From Candidatus Heimdallarchaeota archaeon (GTDB taxonomy: Archaea > Asgardarchaeota > Heimdallarchaeia > Hodarchaeales > Hodarchaeaceae), in NCBI GenBank assembly GCA_020353515.1, contig CP070695.1, positions 2,610,155 to 2,674,154 on the forward strand: DNA of 64,000 nt. The letters run 5' to 3'. Below the pieces are notes generated by a model. The model ran no database searches, was not told where the DNA came from, and saw nothing but the letters and a program-made list of their open reading frames with translations. Below are positions 30,229 to 40,291 of this stretch, one piece after another; position 1 is the stretch's first letter; each line of letters starts with the position of its first letter. The position numbers and the translations under genes are program-made.

Positions 30229-30693
30229 GTGACTGCAGATAAGCCTTTGAAAATTACCTTACTGGGTGTGAAGCAGTCGAAACCAGGGAACAAGTTCATT
30301 TTCATGGGTGAGACTGAATATTGTTCTGAATGTCGGCTTCGTGGGGTTTGTTTAAAACTCGAAGAAAACAGAGTCTATGAGGTTGCCAGTGTAAAAGACA
30401 CAATTCATCCCTGTGAGGTTTTTGTGCAAGGAGTTCAAACAGTCGAAATATTTGAACCGTCATATGTAGTCACAACAGGAGCAAAACTCGCAGTGGAAGG
30501 AGCAACTATTACTTTTAATCATCGAGAGTGCACCTTAATCGAGTGTCCCCACTATTATCATCATTGTTGCCCAACCTATCTTAATGAAGGGGAAAAACTT
30601 AGGATTATAGATATCTCAAATGAATCTGTCGAGTGCAAGCAAGGATATCAATTAAAATTGATCACTGTTGATCGTAATAGTGAGTACGATTAA
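30229..30693 (+). CDS. UPF0179 family protein
   Basis: ITLLG, C..CRL..VC, YEV, HPCEV..GV..VE. Confidence 0.85.
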   Translation: MTADKPLKITLLGVKQSKPGNKFIFMGETEYCSECRLRGVCLKLEENRVYEVASVKDTIHPCEVFVQGVQTVEIFEPSYVVTTGAKLAVEGATITFNHRECTLIECPHYYHHCCPTYLNEGEKLRIIDISNESVECKQGYQLKLITVDRNSEYD

Positions 30694-30720
30694 TGGAATT
30701 TTTGTTGAGGAATTAAAAAA

Positions 30721-31476
30721 ATGCCGATTGCTGAAAATGATTGGATAAAAATTGACTACACAGGCCGTCTAAAGGAGAACTCTAAAGCTTTTGATACAAC
30801 ATTAGAGGATATAGCGCGTTCTGAACGTATTTTTGATGAGAAACGGGGATATAACCCCCTATTATGTCGAGCTGGGGATGAGAAGTTCTTAATCCCTGGA
30901 TTGGCTAAAAACCTAATCGGATTAGAATTAAATTCTCCTCAAACCTTTGAAATTCCATCTGAAGATGCATATGGAGAAAGGGATAGCAAAAAAATCGAAA
31001 TGGTTCCTACAAAACGTCTGCGAAAAGCCAATCTCGATCCAAGGGTTGGCAATCGTGTACAATTAGCTGGTAGAAGTGGAACCATAATTTGGGTAGGTGG
31101 AGGTAGATCACGGATCGATTTTAACCATCCCCTAGCGGGAAAGGATCTAATCTTCGATGTTACAATCGTTGAACATCTAGAAGATGAAGAACAAATTCGA
31201 AAAGAAATTGTATCTCGCCGATTTCCTGGAATTAACATTGATGAACTTGAGATCGAGATTTCAGAGGATCCAGATACTATATCCATTTCATTACCAAATT
31301 ATCTGATCTTCATGGAGGGTCTTGCAATTGCCAAATATTCGTTAGCAACAGAGCTTCGTGATTTTCTAGAGTTTAAAGTCGTTAAATTCGTTGATGTTTT
31401 TGATTATCAAGAAACACCACCTTCAGATGAAGAAGTAGAGCCTCAGGAAGAAGAAGGTTCCGAAGAAGAGGAGTAA
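30721..31476 (+). CDS. Long-type FKBP peptidyl-prolyl isomerase (SlyD-like)
   Basis: DYTG, FDTT, AYGERD, DFNHPLAGK, acidic tail. Confidence 0.93.
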   Translation: MPIAENDWIKIDYTGRLKENSKAFDTTLEDIARSERIFDEKRGYNPLLCRAGDEKFLIPGLAKNLIGLELNSPQTFEIPSEDAYGERDSKKIEMVPTKRLRKANLDPRVGNRVQLAGRSGTIIWVGGGRSRIDFNHPLAGKDLIFDVTIVEHLEDEEQIRKEIVSRRFPGINIDELEIEISEDPDTISISLPNYLIFMEGLAIAKYSLATELRDFLEFKVVKFVDVFDYQETPPSDEEVEPQEEEGSEEEE

Positions 31477-31536
31477 TCCTTAATCTAAATACTATCATTT
31501 GATTCTATTATTGAACAAATTCAATAACAATGATGT

Positions 31537-31740
31537 TCATTCTTCAGATACCGCTCGCATCTTGGGTGTATATTTCTTAGTCCATTTAAACTTTCTAGGA
31601 TCCCGCTTAAAATCCAATAAAGATCTACGACATTTGCGACTGCAAAATCGAAGTAATTGTCCACTTCTTCGTACAAATGAGATCCCCGTCCCAGCCTCAA
31701 TATCATGTCCACAAAAGGCACAAGGGAAAATTCTGACCAT
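31537..31740 (-). CDS. rpl24e: 50S ribosomal protein L24e
   Basis: CAFCG..I..GTG...V...G....FCSRKC, PRKFKWT. Confidence 0.96.
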   Translation of the reverse strand: MVRIFPCAFCGHDIEAGTGISFVRRSGQLLRFCSRKCRRSLLDFKRDPRKFKWTKKYTPKMRAVSEE

Positions 31741-31767
31741 TGTTTTCACCAATCAATATACTGCGAC

Positions 31768-31983
31768 TCAGGGACGTTTCAAGTTTCGAGCTTCTCGTTC
31801 TGTTTCTCTTAAAAGGAGAACGTCACTTTTACGGATCGGGCCTTTAACATTACGTACAATAATTCGACCTCGATCTCTTCCTTCTAGTACTCGAACACGT
31901 ACTTGAGTAATTTCACCTGTTACACCAGTACGTCCAATAATCTGAAGAACTTCGGCTGGAATAGAGATTTCTTCCTCACTCAT
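31768..31983 (-). CDS. rps28e: 30S ribosomal protein S28e
   Basis: [22 protein letters not shown]. Confidence 0.97.
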   Translation of the reverse strand: MSEEEISIPAEVLQIIGRTGVTGEITQVRVRVLEGRDRGRIIVRNVKGPIRKSDVLLLRETEREARNLKRP

Positions 31984-31995
31984 TTAGATGCCTCC

Positions 31996-32373
31996 TTATA
32001 TTCCAGCTAATTCTTTTATTCGAACAGCAAGATTGTCGATTTTGGCTTTGACTTCGCCTTCGTTTATAATTGAGCAGCTCGCTGTCTTTACTCCAAGATT
32101 ACAGGCTTTTCCTAGCTCATCTTTGCTAATAACATAAAGATAAGGGATTTTCTTATCCTTGCAAAGAAGGGGTAGATGTGCAACAATCTCTGGTGGATCT
32201 ACATCTAACGCAATAAAAACTAATTTAGCTTCACCACGTTCGATACTTTTTGTGGTTTCGTTCGTCCCCTTACGGATATTCGCTGGTTCAGTGCTGACGT
32301 TTTCGAGTAACGCCAAAGCATCGCTGTCCAGCCCTTCAGGTTGTTCATAATTCACATAGAATGGTTTACTCAT
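31996..32373 (-). CDS. rpl7ae: 50S ribosomal protein L7Ae
   Basis: RKGTNETTK.IERG.AKLV.IA.DV.P.EIV.HLP.LC. Confidence 0.97.
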   Translation of the reverse strand: MSKPFYVNYEQPEGLDSDALALLENVSTEPANIRKGTNETTKSIERGEAKLVFIALDVDPPEIVAHLPLLCKDKKIPYLYVISKDELGKACNLGVKTASCSIINEGEVKAKIDNLAVRIKELAGI

Positions 32374-32389
32374 TTTTTTTGCGACCTCC

Positions 32390-32447
32390 AGGGTCTTATT
32401 TCAGTAAGAATAGTCATACCCAATCCTTGGTCGGGCAGTCAACCCCG
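32390..32447 (-). promoter_or_regulatory. Structured 5' leader of rpl7ae (candidate autoregulatory element)
   Basis: Stems UGCCCGA/UUGGGUA and UCUUA/UAAGA closed by GGGU/ACCC next to the GGAGG SD; contains AUGA and CUGA. Confidence 0.4.
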
Positions 32448-32539
32448 CTTTTTGAAGAATTAAATATTTTACTTTTTTTGTGAAAGGTTTCCAACCTTTT
32501 TCTTCTTAAATAACCCTTAGATATCGCCAAAATTTGTAA

Positions 32540-32809
32540 TTATCTCTGATCCAACCAGTAGACTCTCCATTCAGAGACACGTCTATCTCGTATTTTAGCA
32601 GTCCACATGCTTGGACCATTTAATCGTCTCTCATTAGAGCAGATGGAATAACCAATCATAACAACAACATTATCAGCGACAGTAACAGAGGTGAATATGT
32701 TTCTGTAGTCAGGATAATTCGCAAAGAATTGTCTCCACCCCTCTTTCATATTATTATCAACGTCTCCAGAGTTATCTATGAACATATGATCCTCAGTCAT
32801 TAACTTCAC
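32540..32809 (-). pseudogene. SnoaL/NTF2-like protein, 5'-truncated
   Basis: LMTEDH.FID, W..FF...PDY, W.A......V.EWRVY; first helix missing, in-frame stop just upstream. Confidence 0.65.
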
Positions 32810-33659
32810 TAAACCAGAATCGTTCCATCATAGAAACCAGAGTTATGTATACATAATATTTCTATGCTATTGGATTCTTATTCACTTTAGAAAGAAAAAG
32901 AACCATAGTTACCTCACATGATTATGCCATTACCAGATTGGTACTTGAGATCAACCATTGGAGAGACAAATCAGGAGTTAAAAGAGCAAGTTGGTATATC
33001 TGCAATACCCAAGCCTGTATATCATGTGTAAAACTCTCATATAAAAGGTATTGAAGTATTAACCAACCATTAGAGAGATTTATTTGCGAAAGGGGCCCTG
33101 AATTTCACTTTAATATAAGATATAATCATTTTAATAAATTATTTTCTAAATAAAACCATTTCTAGAGTTTAATCAGAGTTTATGCACAGAAACAGGGGAA
33201 TTATTCTTTAATCAATAGTACTTCTTTTTTGATAAGTCTTAGAACTCGTATTTCTGGTAGTTGGTGACGTCAGTTCTTTTTTTACATTGAAAGAAAGCAT
33301 AATATGTAATTTTTTCAGACAAAATGCTATAATTACTGGAAGCAATGTAGGGCACATAATTCAGGAAAACAAGAGATATAAATTTCTGTATATATTAACA
33401 AAGGTTCGAGACGCTTAATTACTAGCGTATCTAATTACTATAGACTATTTATCAAGAAATCTGGTTGAGGGAGTAAGATGTGAATGGTTAAATTCAAAGT
33501 TAAAATGAATAGCTTTATTAATATGATATGTTACGCCGAGATTAACATTATTGAAAAAAATTTCAGGTTATAGGACTGACAATACGATTATGAGGGTCAC
33601 AGTACCCTTCCTCGGGTAATATAAATCCTCCTAAGGTCATTTGAAACAATTCTATAACT

Positions 33660-34577
33660 TTGAAAAATCCTACCACAATGTTATGGATGATTTTTGCAAG
33701 TCTATCGGCTATTTTTGAGTCCTTTCGGTACATTCTGCTTAAAAAGAGTGTCATTACTAATATACATCAATTTACCTGTCATATGTATTTTTTGTCTGGT
33801 ACTTTGATGTTATTTTTCAGCTGGTTAATTGGTTTTCCTAGTTTGAATTCATACTTCTGGATGACTTTTATTATTGTACTTCTTCTTAATACTCTAGCTG
33901 TTCCCATGTATTTGAAGGCTATTCAGCTCTCAGAAGTTTCTCTTGTCGTACCATTATTCTCATTTGGGGCTATATTCTCTATCTTCTTAAGTTTTTTATT
34001 GATACAAGAGATACCTTCCTTGATTGGGATGATAGGAGTATTATTGATCTGTTTAGGTTCTTACGTTCTGAACTCGCCCTCAGGAAAAAACTCGTGGTTA
34101 GAACCCTTAAGGCAACTTTTGGTATCAAAAACAAATATACTTATGTTGATAAGTGTGTTGCTAACTAGTATAGTAACAATTTACTCAAAGGTATTAGTTC
34201 AACAATCAGACGTCATATTTGGTACCGCTTTAGTTTATCTTGGTTTAGGCTTATTTTTTTATTCATTTGGTTTCAGGAACTCATCCCATAGAGGCTATTT
34301 ATTTGATAATAGAGAAGAACTAATCCTAGAAGAAAATATTCCTAAGAAAACCTTTCAGGTGATTTTTTTTCTAAGTGTTTTACTTGTTTTGAGTGTGATT
34401 ACTAGGAATCTTGCTTTAATCTTGCAAAAGGTATCTTATGTGATGGCATTCCGATCAATTAGTATTATTTTTTCAATATTGCTTGGAGTAATATTGCTAA
34501 AAGAAGTTAAAACCCAAGGAAAGGGCTTTGCAATACCAATAATGGGACTAGGTTTAGTTCTAGTAGCCTTTGTGTAA
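33660..34577 (+). CDS. EamA/DMT family transporter
   Basis: About 10 TMs in two EamA repeats; KAIQLSEVSLVVPL, L.QE, LKE. Confidence 0.88.
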   Translation: MKNPTTMLWMIFASLSAIFESFRYILLKKSVITNIHQFTCHMYFLSGTLMLFFSWLIGFPSLNSYFWMTFIIVLLLNTLAVPMYLKAIQLSEVSLVVPLFSFGAIFSIFLSFLLIQEIPSLIGMIGVLLICLGSYVLNSPSGKNSWLEPLRQLLVSKTNILMLISVLLTSIVTIYSKVLVQQSDVIFGTALVYLGLGLFFYSFGFRNSSHRGYLFDNREELILEENIPKKTFQVIFFLSVLLVLSVITRNLALILQKVSYVMAFRSISIIFSILLGVILLKEVKTQGKGFAIPIMGLGLVLVAFV

Positions 34578-34639
34578 AAAGATATGATAATCTAGTCATT
34601 CTAAAAATGTTAATATGTAACTTATTTTCTTGATTTTTA

Positions 34640-35143
34640 TTATTCTTCTTTGTCAATAAAGTGTTCAGAACGAACAATAATACTCATGATATATTTTTCT
34701 GCTTCTAGTGTTAATCTAGCTTTTATTATGGGATACTTTAAGAATTCTTTCTGTGAGGTATCAATCACTAATTTAGATTTAATCCGCTTATTAATTGTTG
34801 CAATTGAAACAACTACCTCCTCATTTGATGATGATGAAATGCTTAACAATCTATTATCTAAATCAATACTCAACCTTTTGAACACATGCAATTTTTTCCT
34901 ATTTTTCTTGTATGTGAGAACTACTTTATCTCTAGCTCTTACTACAAAGTTTGCTGGAATATCATATTTTATTCTAACCTCTTTATAGGTTAAATGATGA
35001 AGTGCAACTGAATTAAAACACCCTTCATCATATGCAATAGTGCTAATATAGTTACAGACCTCTCTATAGATTCTTATTGTATTTTTCAACTTTGAAGAAT
35101 CTTCGACAGTAGGCTCCAGTATACCTAGGATGGTAAAATTCAT
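34640..35143 (-). mobile_element. TnpB (IS200/IS605 OrfB)-derived N-terminal REC/WED half, no RuvC
   Basis: LEPT, YREVCNYIS, LHHLTYKEVR.KY.IPA..V.RA..KV, D.RL.S, VSIAT...R, A.L......Y....V; stops before the GVDLG RuvC-I motif. Confidence 0.75.
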
Positions 35144-35282
35144 TCTTCATCAAACAACTTTCAGATTAAATGATCCAAGTAAATGTGTGGATCAATCATA
35201 TTTTTAGTAAGTTCAATCCTTAGTGATAATAAGATTTCCATATTGATCTGAATCCTGAGATTGACGAAACATTATTTAGAAA

Positions 35283-37007
35283 TTACTTGAGGGGTAACAT
35301 TGCTGATCTTCTTGAGAATTGTTTAGCTCCATAATTTTCTAGCTGTTTTTCTAAAAGTGGGTAACCATTGTCTTCTAAAATTCTATTTAAACGATCTAAT
35401 TCAGATAATATAGAAAATAAATTTGGATCAATAGCTAAACATCTTCCGTCAACAATGGCAGTTTGGATCTCTCCACGTGCTATATCAGATCCCTTCAAAT
35501 GTGGTGCATCAAAAATTCCTAACTTAACTGCTTTTGTTAATGTTAATGGATCAATAAATGGATCTTTCACAGATTCTCCTGAGATTTTTTGAATTGCTTG
35601 AAGAATCAGATAACTGTCAGAAATAAGCTTTAATTTATAAGCCTCAAGCTTTCGATCTAAGTTGATTGAAGGTAATCCCCTTATAGAATTTGAAATCACT
35701 TTATGAGCTATTTTGGCACTTTCTATCACGTCTTCAGATGTTGCTGCATGATCAGCCTCACAATAACTGACCACATGGACAATATGTGGTTTAATAAACA
35801 TAGCCATTTGAATAGAAGATGCCAATTGCCCTTTTGCGAGATGAGGATCCTCGGGAAAACTCATGAGTCCAGTACGAACCTGACGATATGTAGTAAAGGT
35901 TTCAGAATGTAAACTTTCAATTAATTCCGTCTTAGCTAGCATTTTTGCTAAGTCATATCTAGGAGCTAGACCAATAGGAGTATTAAACATCATTTGAGAA
36001 ATATAATTATGCACTCCAGCCTTTTTTGAATTGTATGCACCTAAGAAGGCAGCTGCGACCGCTATAGCATCTGGAGCTGAACGAAGACTCCAATGATGCG
36101 CCTCATTTGCTTCAAATGGTATGTTATGTTCACCATGCCAAGTCATATTAGCAATATTCTCTTTAATTGCTTCCTGTAATACTCTATCACTTCTACCATC
36201 CAATTCAGAGTACCAGAAAAGAGGAGTAGCCCCCCAAGCATTATCAATAGTATTTCTAAGCATTCTTGATATTTTTATTAAATTTCTTGTACCTGAATAA
36301 CAACGTAATAAAGGATAATTTCCACGTCGAGAAACCTTATAAAAACTAATTAGATCTTCTTCCGAACGAATTGGAACTCCACCTGCTCCCTGTTCTGACT
36401 TTTTCATCTTGATAGGATTGAAAAAGTGTTCTTGAAAATTTTGATCTGGCCCTATTGAGATTATATCAATGATTTTTGCTGCTGCTACAGTTTTGATGCC
36501 TTTCTGGGTCTCTTCAACAGAAGGAACCCCATAATGGGCACGTAATAAGGGATAAGGATAATAAAATTCTATTCGGCCGATTAAACTCGTGGGAAAAGAA
36601 TTCTTTTCCTTTGAGGAGGAGAGTGAATCTCTCAAATATTCAATAACGTCCTTTTCTGTTGTGTTTCCACTAAAAAGACGATCAAATATTCCCAAGCGTC
36701 CAATTGCATTACATACAGGACTAGTACCCCCGAAGATCCACTTTTTCTTTCTTATCTTAGGGGTCATTCTGTTATTAAGTTCCTTCACAAGCTCAACACA
36801 GGCTTCTGGGGTTAAACGATAACTTAAAGCAATGATATCAGGATCCAATTTTTTGATTTCTGCAATAATATCTTCAATTGTGTTTGGAGGACGTAAGAAA
36901 GATGTTTTATACCCTTGTTGCTGTGCAATTCCCATGAAATTAAACACACCAGCAACATGAACACAGGAACCTAAAGTAGCACAAAATATGTGATTACTAT
37001 CTGTCAT
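35283..37007 (-). CDS. Cobalamin-binding domain fused to a TIM-barrel (glutamate-mutase-like) domain
   Basis: N-terminal GSCVHVAG (variant of DxHxxG), ALSY, FGG Rossmann B12 motifs; about 430-aa C-terminal domain; ATGA overlap with upstream gene. Confidence 0.8.
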   Translation of the reverse strand: MTDSNHIFCATLGSCVHVAGVFNFMGIAQQQGYKTSFLRPPNTIEDIIAEIKKLDPDIIALSYRLTPEACVELVKELNNRMTPKIRKKKWIFGGTSPVCNAIGRLGIFDRLFSGNTTEKDVIEYLRDSLSSSKEKNSFPTSLIGRIEFYYPYPLLRAHYGVPSVEETQKGIKTVAAAKIIDIISIGPDQNFQEHFFNPIKMKKSEQGAGGVPIRSEEDLISFYKVSRRGNYPLLRCYSGTRNLIKISRMLRNTIDNAWGATPLFWYSELDGRSDRVLQEAIKENIANMTWHGEHNIPFEANEAHHWSLRSAPDAIAVAAAFLGAYNSKKAGVHNYISQMMFNTPIGLAPRYDLAKMLAKTELIESLHSETFTTYRQVRTGLMSFPEDPHLAKGQLASSIQMAMFIKPHIVHVVSYCEADHAATSEDVIESAKIAHKVISNSIRGLPSINLDRKLEAYKLKLISDSYLILQAIQKISGESVKDPFIDPLTLTKAVKLGIFDAPHLKGSDIARGEIQTAIVDGRCLAIDPNLFSILSELDRLNRILEDNGYPLLEKQLENYGAKQFSRRSAMLPLK

Positions 37008-38152
37008 TCCTCTAATACACTCTCCTGTTTCTTTATTTCGATATAGAATTCATCACCCAGAGTCATGTATTCTTTCAGTAAGTAAAATGGAATTTTATCA
37101 AGTTCCAGTGACTCAACAGTCCTCCCAAGAGATCTATAATCTTTATTGAACATACAATTGGCTAAATTAATTATTGCATCTATGAAAGGGGTTGGAACTT
37201 CAGCTACCTCTCCAAAACTAGAAAGGGGAATTAATCCAGTTGGAATATCTTCAAAGATATACCGGACATTTAAGGTTGAAGGTGCCATAACATTTTGATA
37301 TTCTTTTGTATTATGAATGGTTTCACATAAACTACCTCCACTACTTCCATAAACAGAATTCAACCATTTTTGTAGAGTAATTGCCTGTACTCCGAACGCG
37401 TCTGCTACAGCAACTCGTTCTTTATCCATTTTTTCTAAGAAAGAAGCAACAGAAGGAGATACTCCATCAATGTAATGTCGGTAGTTAACCTTTGGATCCT
37501 CACATCTAGCAATATTAAGTAATAAAGGGGTAGGGTGAAAAATAGCACCAATGTTATCGAAAGAAGTATTCAAAACAGATTCAGTTTCCCAAAAAGCACC
37601 ATTAAGATCCTTCAAAAACGGGACAACTTCCTCATTTTCACAGGAAGGAAATGCTGAAATTGGGACTCTTCTCTTTATCCCGGAAATTGTTACTTGACCA
37701 GGTTTTGAACATCGAGACACAAATAGAAGAGATTGAGCTTCTACAACATGTGGTTTGAAAGGGCCATTATTGTTCCGAATGGAATTTCTCACTTCAATTG
37801 CGCCTCCAGTTCTCCCTGGATTTAAAACAACGATTTGATTGCCATCTAAATAAGGAGTAATTCTTGCAGCTACATCTTTATGCGCATTAGCGGTCGTTAC
37901 GACCATTATTAACCTACTTTGTTTAATAACCTTGTGAATTGATGAAGAAATAAAATCAACGTCATAATGTCCTTCTAATAGTCCTGAGGAAGTAATACCT
38001 TTATTTTCTTTTATCGATTCAAGGACTGCTCTTGACCGATTCCAAATTTTTACTTTATAACCTTGTGATTTCGCATACGCAGCAAACGCATGTCCTCCAT
38101 TTCCTAACCCGAGAATAGATATAGAATCGTCTTGAATCTTATTATTTTTCAT
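37004..38152 (-). CDS. NAD(P)-dependent opine (octopine/nopaline) dehydrogenase family
   Basis: GLGNGG Rossmann, NPGRTGG, N.GAIFHP, D.ER..VA, RYIFEDIPTGL, GRT. Confidence 0.92.
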   Translation of the reverse strand: MKNNKIQDDSISILGLGNGGHAFAAYAKSQGYKVKIWNRSRAVLESIKENKGITSSGLLEGHYDVDFISSSIHKVIKQSRLIMVVTTANAHKDVAARITPYLDGNQIVVLNPGRTGGAIEVRNSIRNNNGPFKPHVVEAQSLLFVSRCSKPGQVTISGIKRRVPISAFPSCENEEVVPFLKDLNGAFWETESVLNTSFDNIGAIFHPTPLLLNIARCEDPKVNYRHYIDGVSPSVASFLEKMDKERVAVADAFGVQAITLQKWLNSVYGSSGGSLCETIHNTKEYQNVMAPSTLNVRYIFEDIPTGLIPLSSFGEVAEVPTPFIDAIINLANCMFNKDYRSLGRTVESLELDKIPFYLLKEYMTLGDEFYIEIKKQESVLEE

Positions 38153-38313
38153 ATATAATCTTCCTGTTAGTTTTAAATAATTCTCGTCTATTAAATGCTA
38201 TTTTAATGAGTGTTCTCTCATTTATTTGCTGATTATCCTATTAAAAAAAGAAAGTCTAACTAAAATGAGAATTTCTTAGGAAATCAGATCTATTATCTCT
38301 TTTTACTGAATTT

Positions 38314-38540
38314 ATTCATATGAATGAACAAAGAGGAAATTTTAATGTTCTTTACACAAGTAATTCTTACAAAATTTCTTTATTAGCTTTTCGGATGTAT
38401 AAAACGTGATATTTATAAACAATACAACTATAGGCATAACAAATTACTATAAAATACCCATATTCATATATGAATATAGCTTAATTTCGATATTAAACTA
38501 TTACTTATGTTTTTTAGGGATAGTATATTCATAAATGACT
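38314..38540. promoter_or_regulatory. Three related palindromes ATTCAT(N0-2)ATGAAT upstream of the opine dehydrogenase operon
   Basis: ATTCATATGAAT 38314-38325, ATATTCATATATGAATAT 38460-38477, ATATTCATAAATGACT 38525-38540. Confidence 0.5.
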
Positions 38541-38739
38541 TATTTTTTATTGTAAAAAGACCAATTACAGTTATACTCGAATTGATAGACTTCCTTATAC
38601 TCGGAAGAAGTACATTATTGAGGGAAACCATGAATTTAAAATCAGTTAGTCCCCAGTATTGGCTAGGTCCATCAAAAGAGGAGTAAATTTAAATCTCCAA
38701 ACCTTGAAGAAGATTCTAGAAAATTAATTACTATTTCTT

Positions 38740-39273
38740 TTAATACTCATTGGGTATGCGTTCCATTAAACAGTCAAAACCTATTCCTTTCATTTCAGAG
38801 TTCTCTTTAAATCCGAATCGATGATAATAGTTTTTTAATTTTAAGATCTCTTCGTCAGTTGGTTTTTTCTCTGGACTAATGAAGGGCATTGCATGCAGAG
38901 TTAAAGTAATTCCTAATTCATCTGCAATTTCCGTTAATTCTTCGAAGATATAAGTGGACAATCCATTTCCTCGAAATTCTGGTTCAATCCAAAGAGTGCC
39001 TATATAGCATTCATTTTTTTTAGCTTTCCATGCTAGTGAAAAGCTCCCTATCCTAAGAAAATCGTCTTTAATTTCTTCACCAATGTCTATAAAACAATTT
39101 ATTGTCTTTTTTTGGTCTATTACTCTTTTTAACGAGATAGGTTCTCCCATAAATACTTCTTCTAAGCTATTAATGTTGAAATGACAAAACTGACTATTTG
39201 TTTGGAATTCAACCTGGAAATCCCAATAATCAAGGTTTGCACAATCTTGATTAGTTTCGGTCACAGAATACAT
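38740..39273 (-). CDS. GNAT family N-acetyltransferase
   Basis: LWIEPEFRGNGLS motif A; L..YY.RFGF. Confidence 0.85.
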   Translation of the reverse strand: MYSVTETNQDCANLDYWDFQVEFQTNSQFCHFNINSLEEVFMGEPISLKRVIDQKKTINCFIDIGEEIKDDFLRIGSFSLAWKAKKNECYIGTLWIEPEFRGNGLSTYIFEELTEIADELGITLTLHAMPFISPEKKPTDEEILKLKNYYHRFGFKENSEMKGIGFDCLMERIPNEY

Positions 39274-40291
39274 TAGTCGTCTCCTTTAATAGCTTTTATT
39301 ATTTTATTCTACCCTATTTAAGATTTAAGATGGTCTACATAAATCAAAAAGCATTCATGAACTTAAGATCTCCAATGGTATCATCACACACGAGAAAAAC
39401 GAATATTTTCAGGTTTTAAACCCAATAAACTATTTCTCTTAATTTCATGATGAATGTGAAAAGGATTGAGGCTTCTTTCTGATTCTATCTCATTATTCAT
39501 GTATTGATCATTCATAAGAAAATATCTTAATGCAATTAATCATGCTTGTTTTCGATTTATTATATAAAAATTCAGCTATTTAAGGTTTTTGGTATTCTAT
39601 CACTTTTATTCTTAAGGTATTAGACATATATTTCTTCAAGCGATCTCATGAGAGTAGAACGGCTAAAGTATGATGAGAGGCGGAAAATTAAGCCCATAAT
39701 GAGAGGATAAAGGATGAATTTTCTTTTTTTATAATATAGTATTGTAAGATAATCTAGGATTCAAACAGATTTTTGGAACAAAATTCTTTGAAAATTCGAG
39801 TCAATGATTGTTTCAGAGGAAATTCGTCTTATAATATATTGTAATAACCTCTTAGATTAGGTATTAACACAAATATCGGCCAATGGTGCTAATTTTTCAG
39901 TTGGTCAGAAGAACTCAAGAAAGCTAGATGCGATTCTCCTCCACTCAAAATATGAGATTTGCCTTATTTTAATGGATACTATGATAAGATTAGGTTATAT
40001 CTTTGAATTGTGTGACTCAGGACATTTAATTGATTGAAACGCGAAAGAATAATTAAAATCATCATTTCACTTTAGTATATATGAATTTAACATATATAAG
40101 TGATATTCAAGTCAATGGATTAAACATATATCGTTGATGCCTAAAAGGGACTTAGCTAGTTATCTAGGAATTTAGATGTGATTGAATTTTAATAACAAAT
40201 CATTAATGGGTTTAATACTAAAAAGTAAGGGATTTGATGTAGAAATATATTGAATCTGTTATTAGATGTGCAAGGATTTTTTTGTTATTCA

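Noticed and set aside
38153-38739. Cobalamin riboswitch upstream of the B12 operon
   Set aside because: The region is extremely AT-rich and lacks the B12-box consensus
39274-40291. ncRNA or gene remnant in the 1-kb AT-rich spacer
   Set aside because: Only very short ORFs and no convincing structure or repeat
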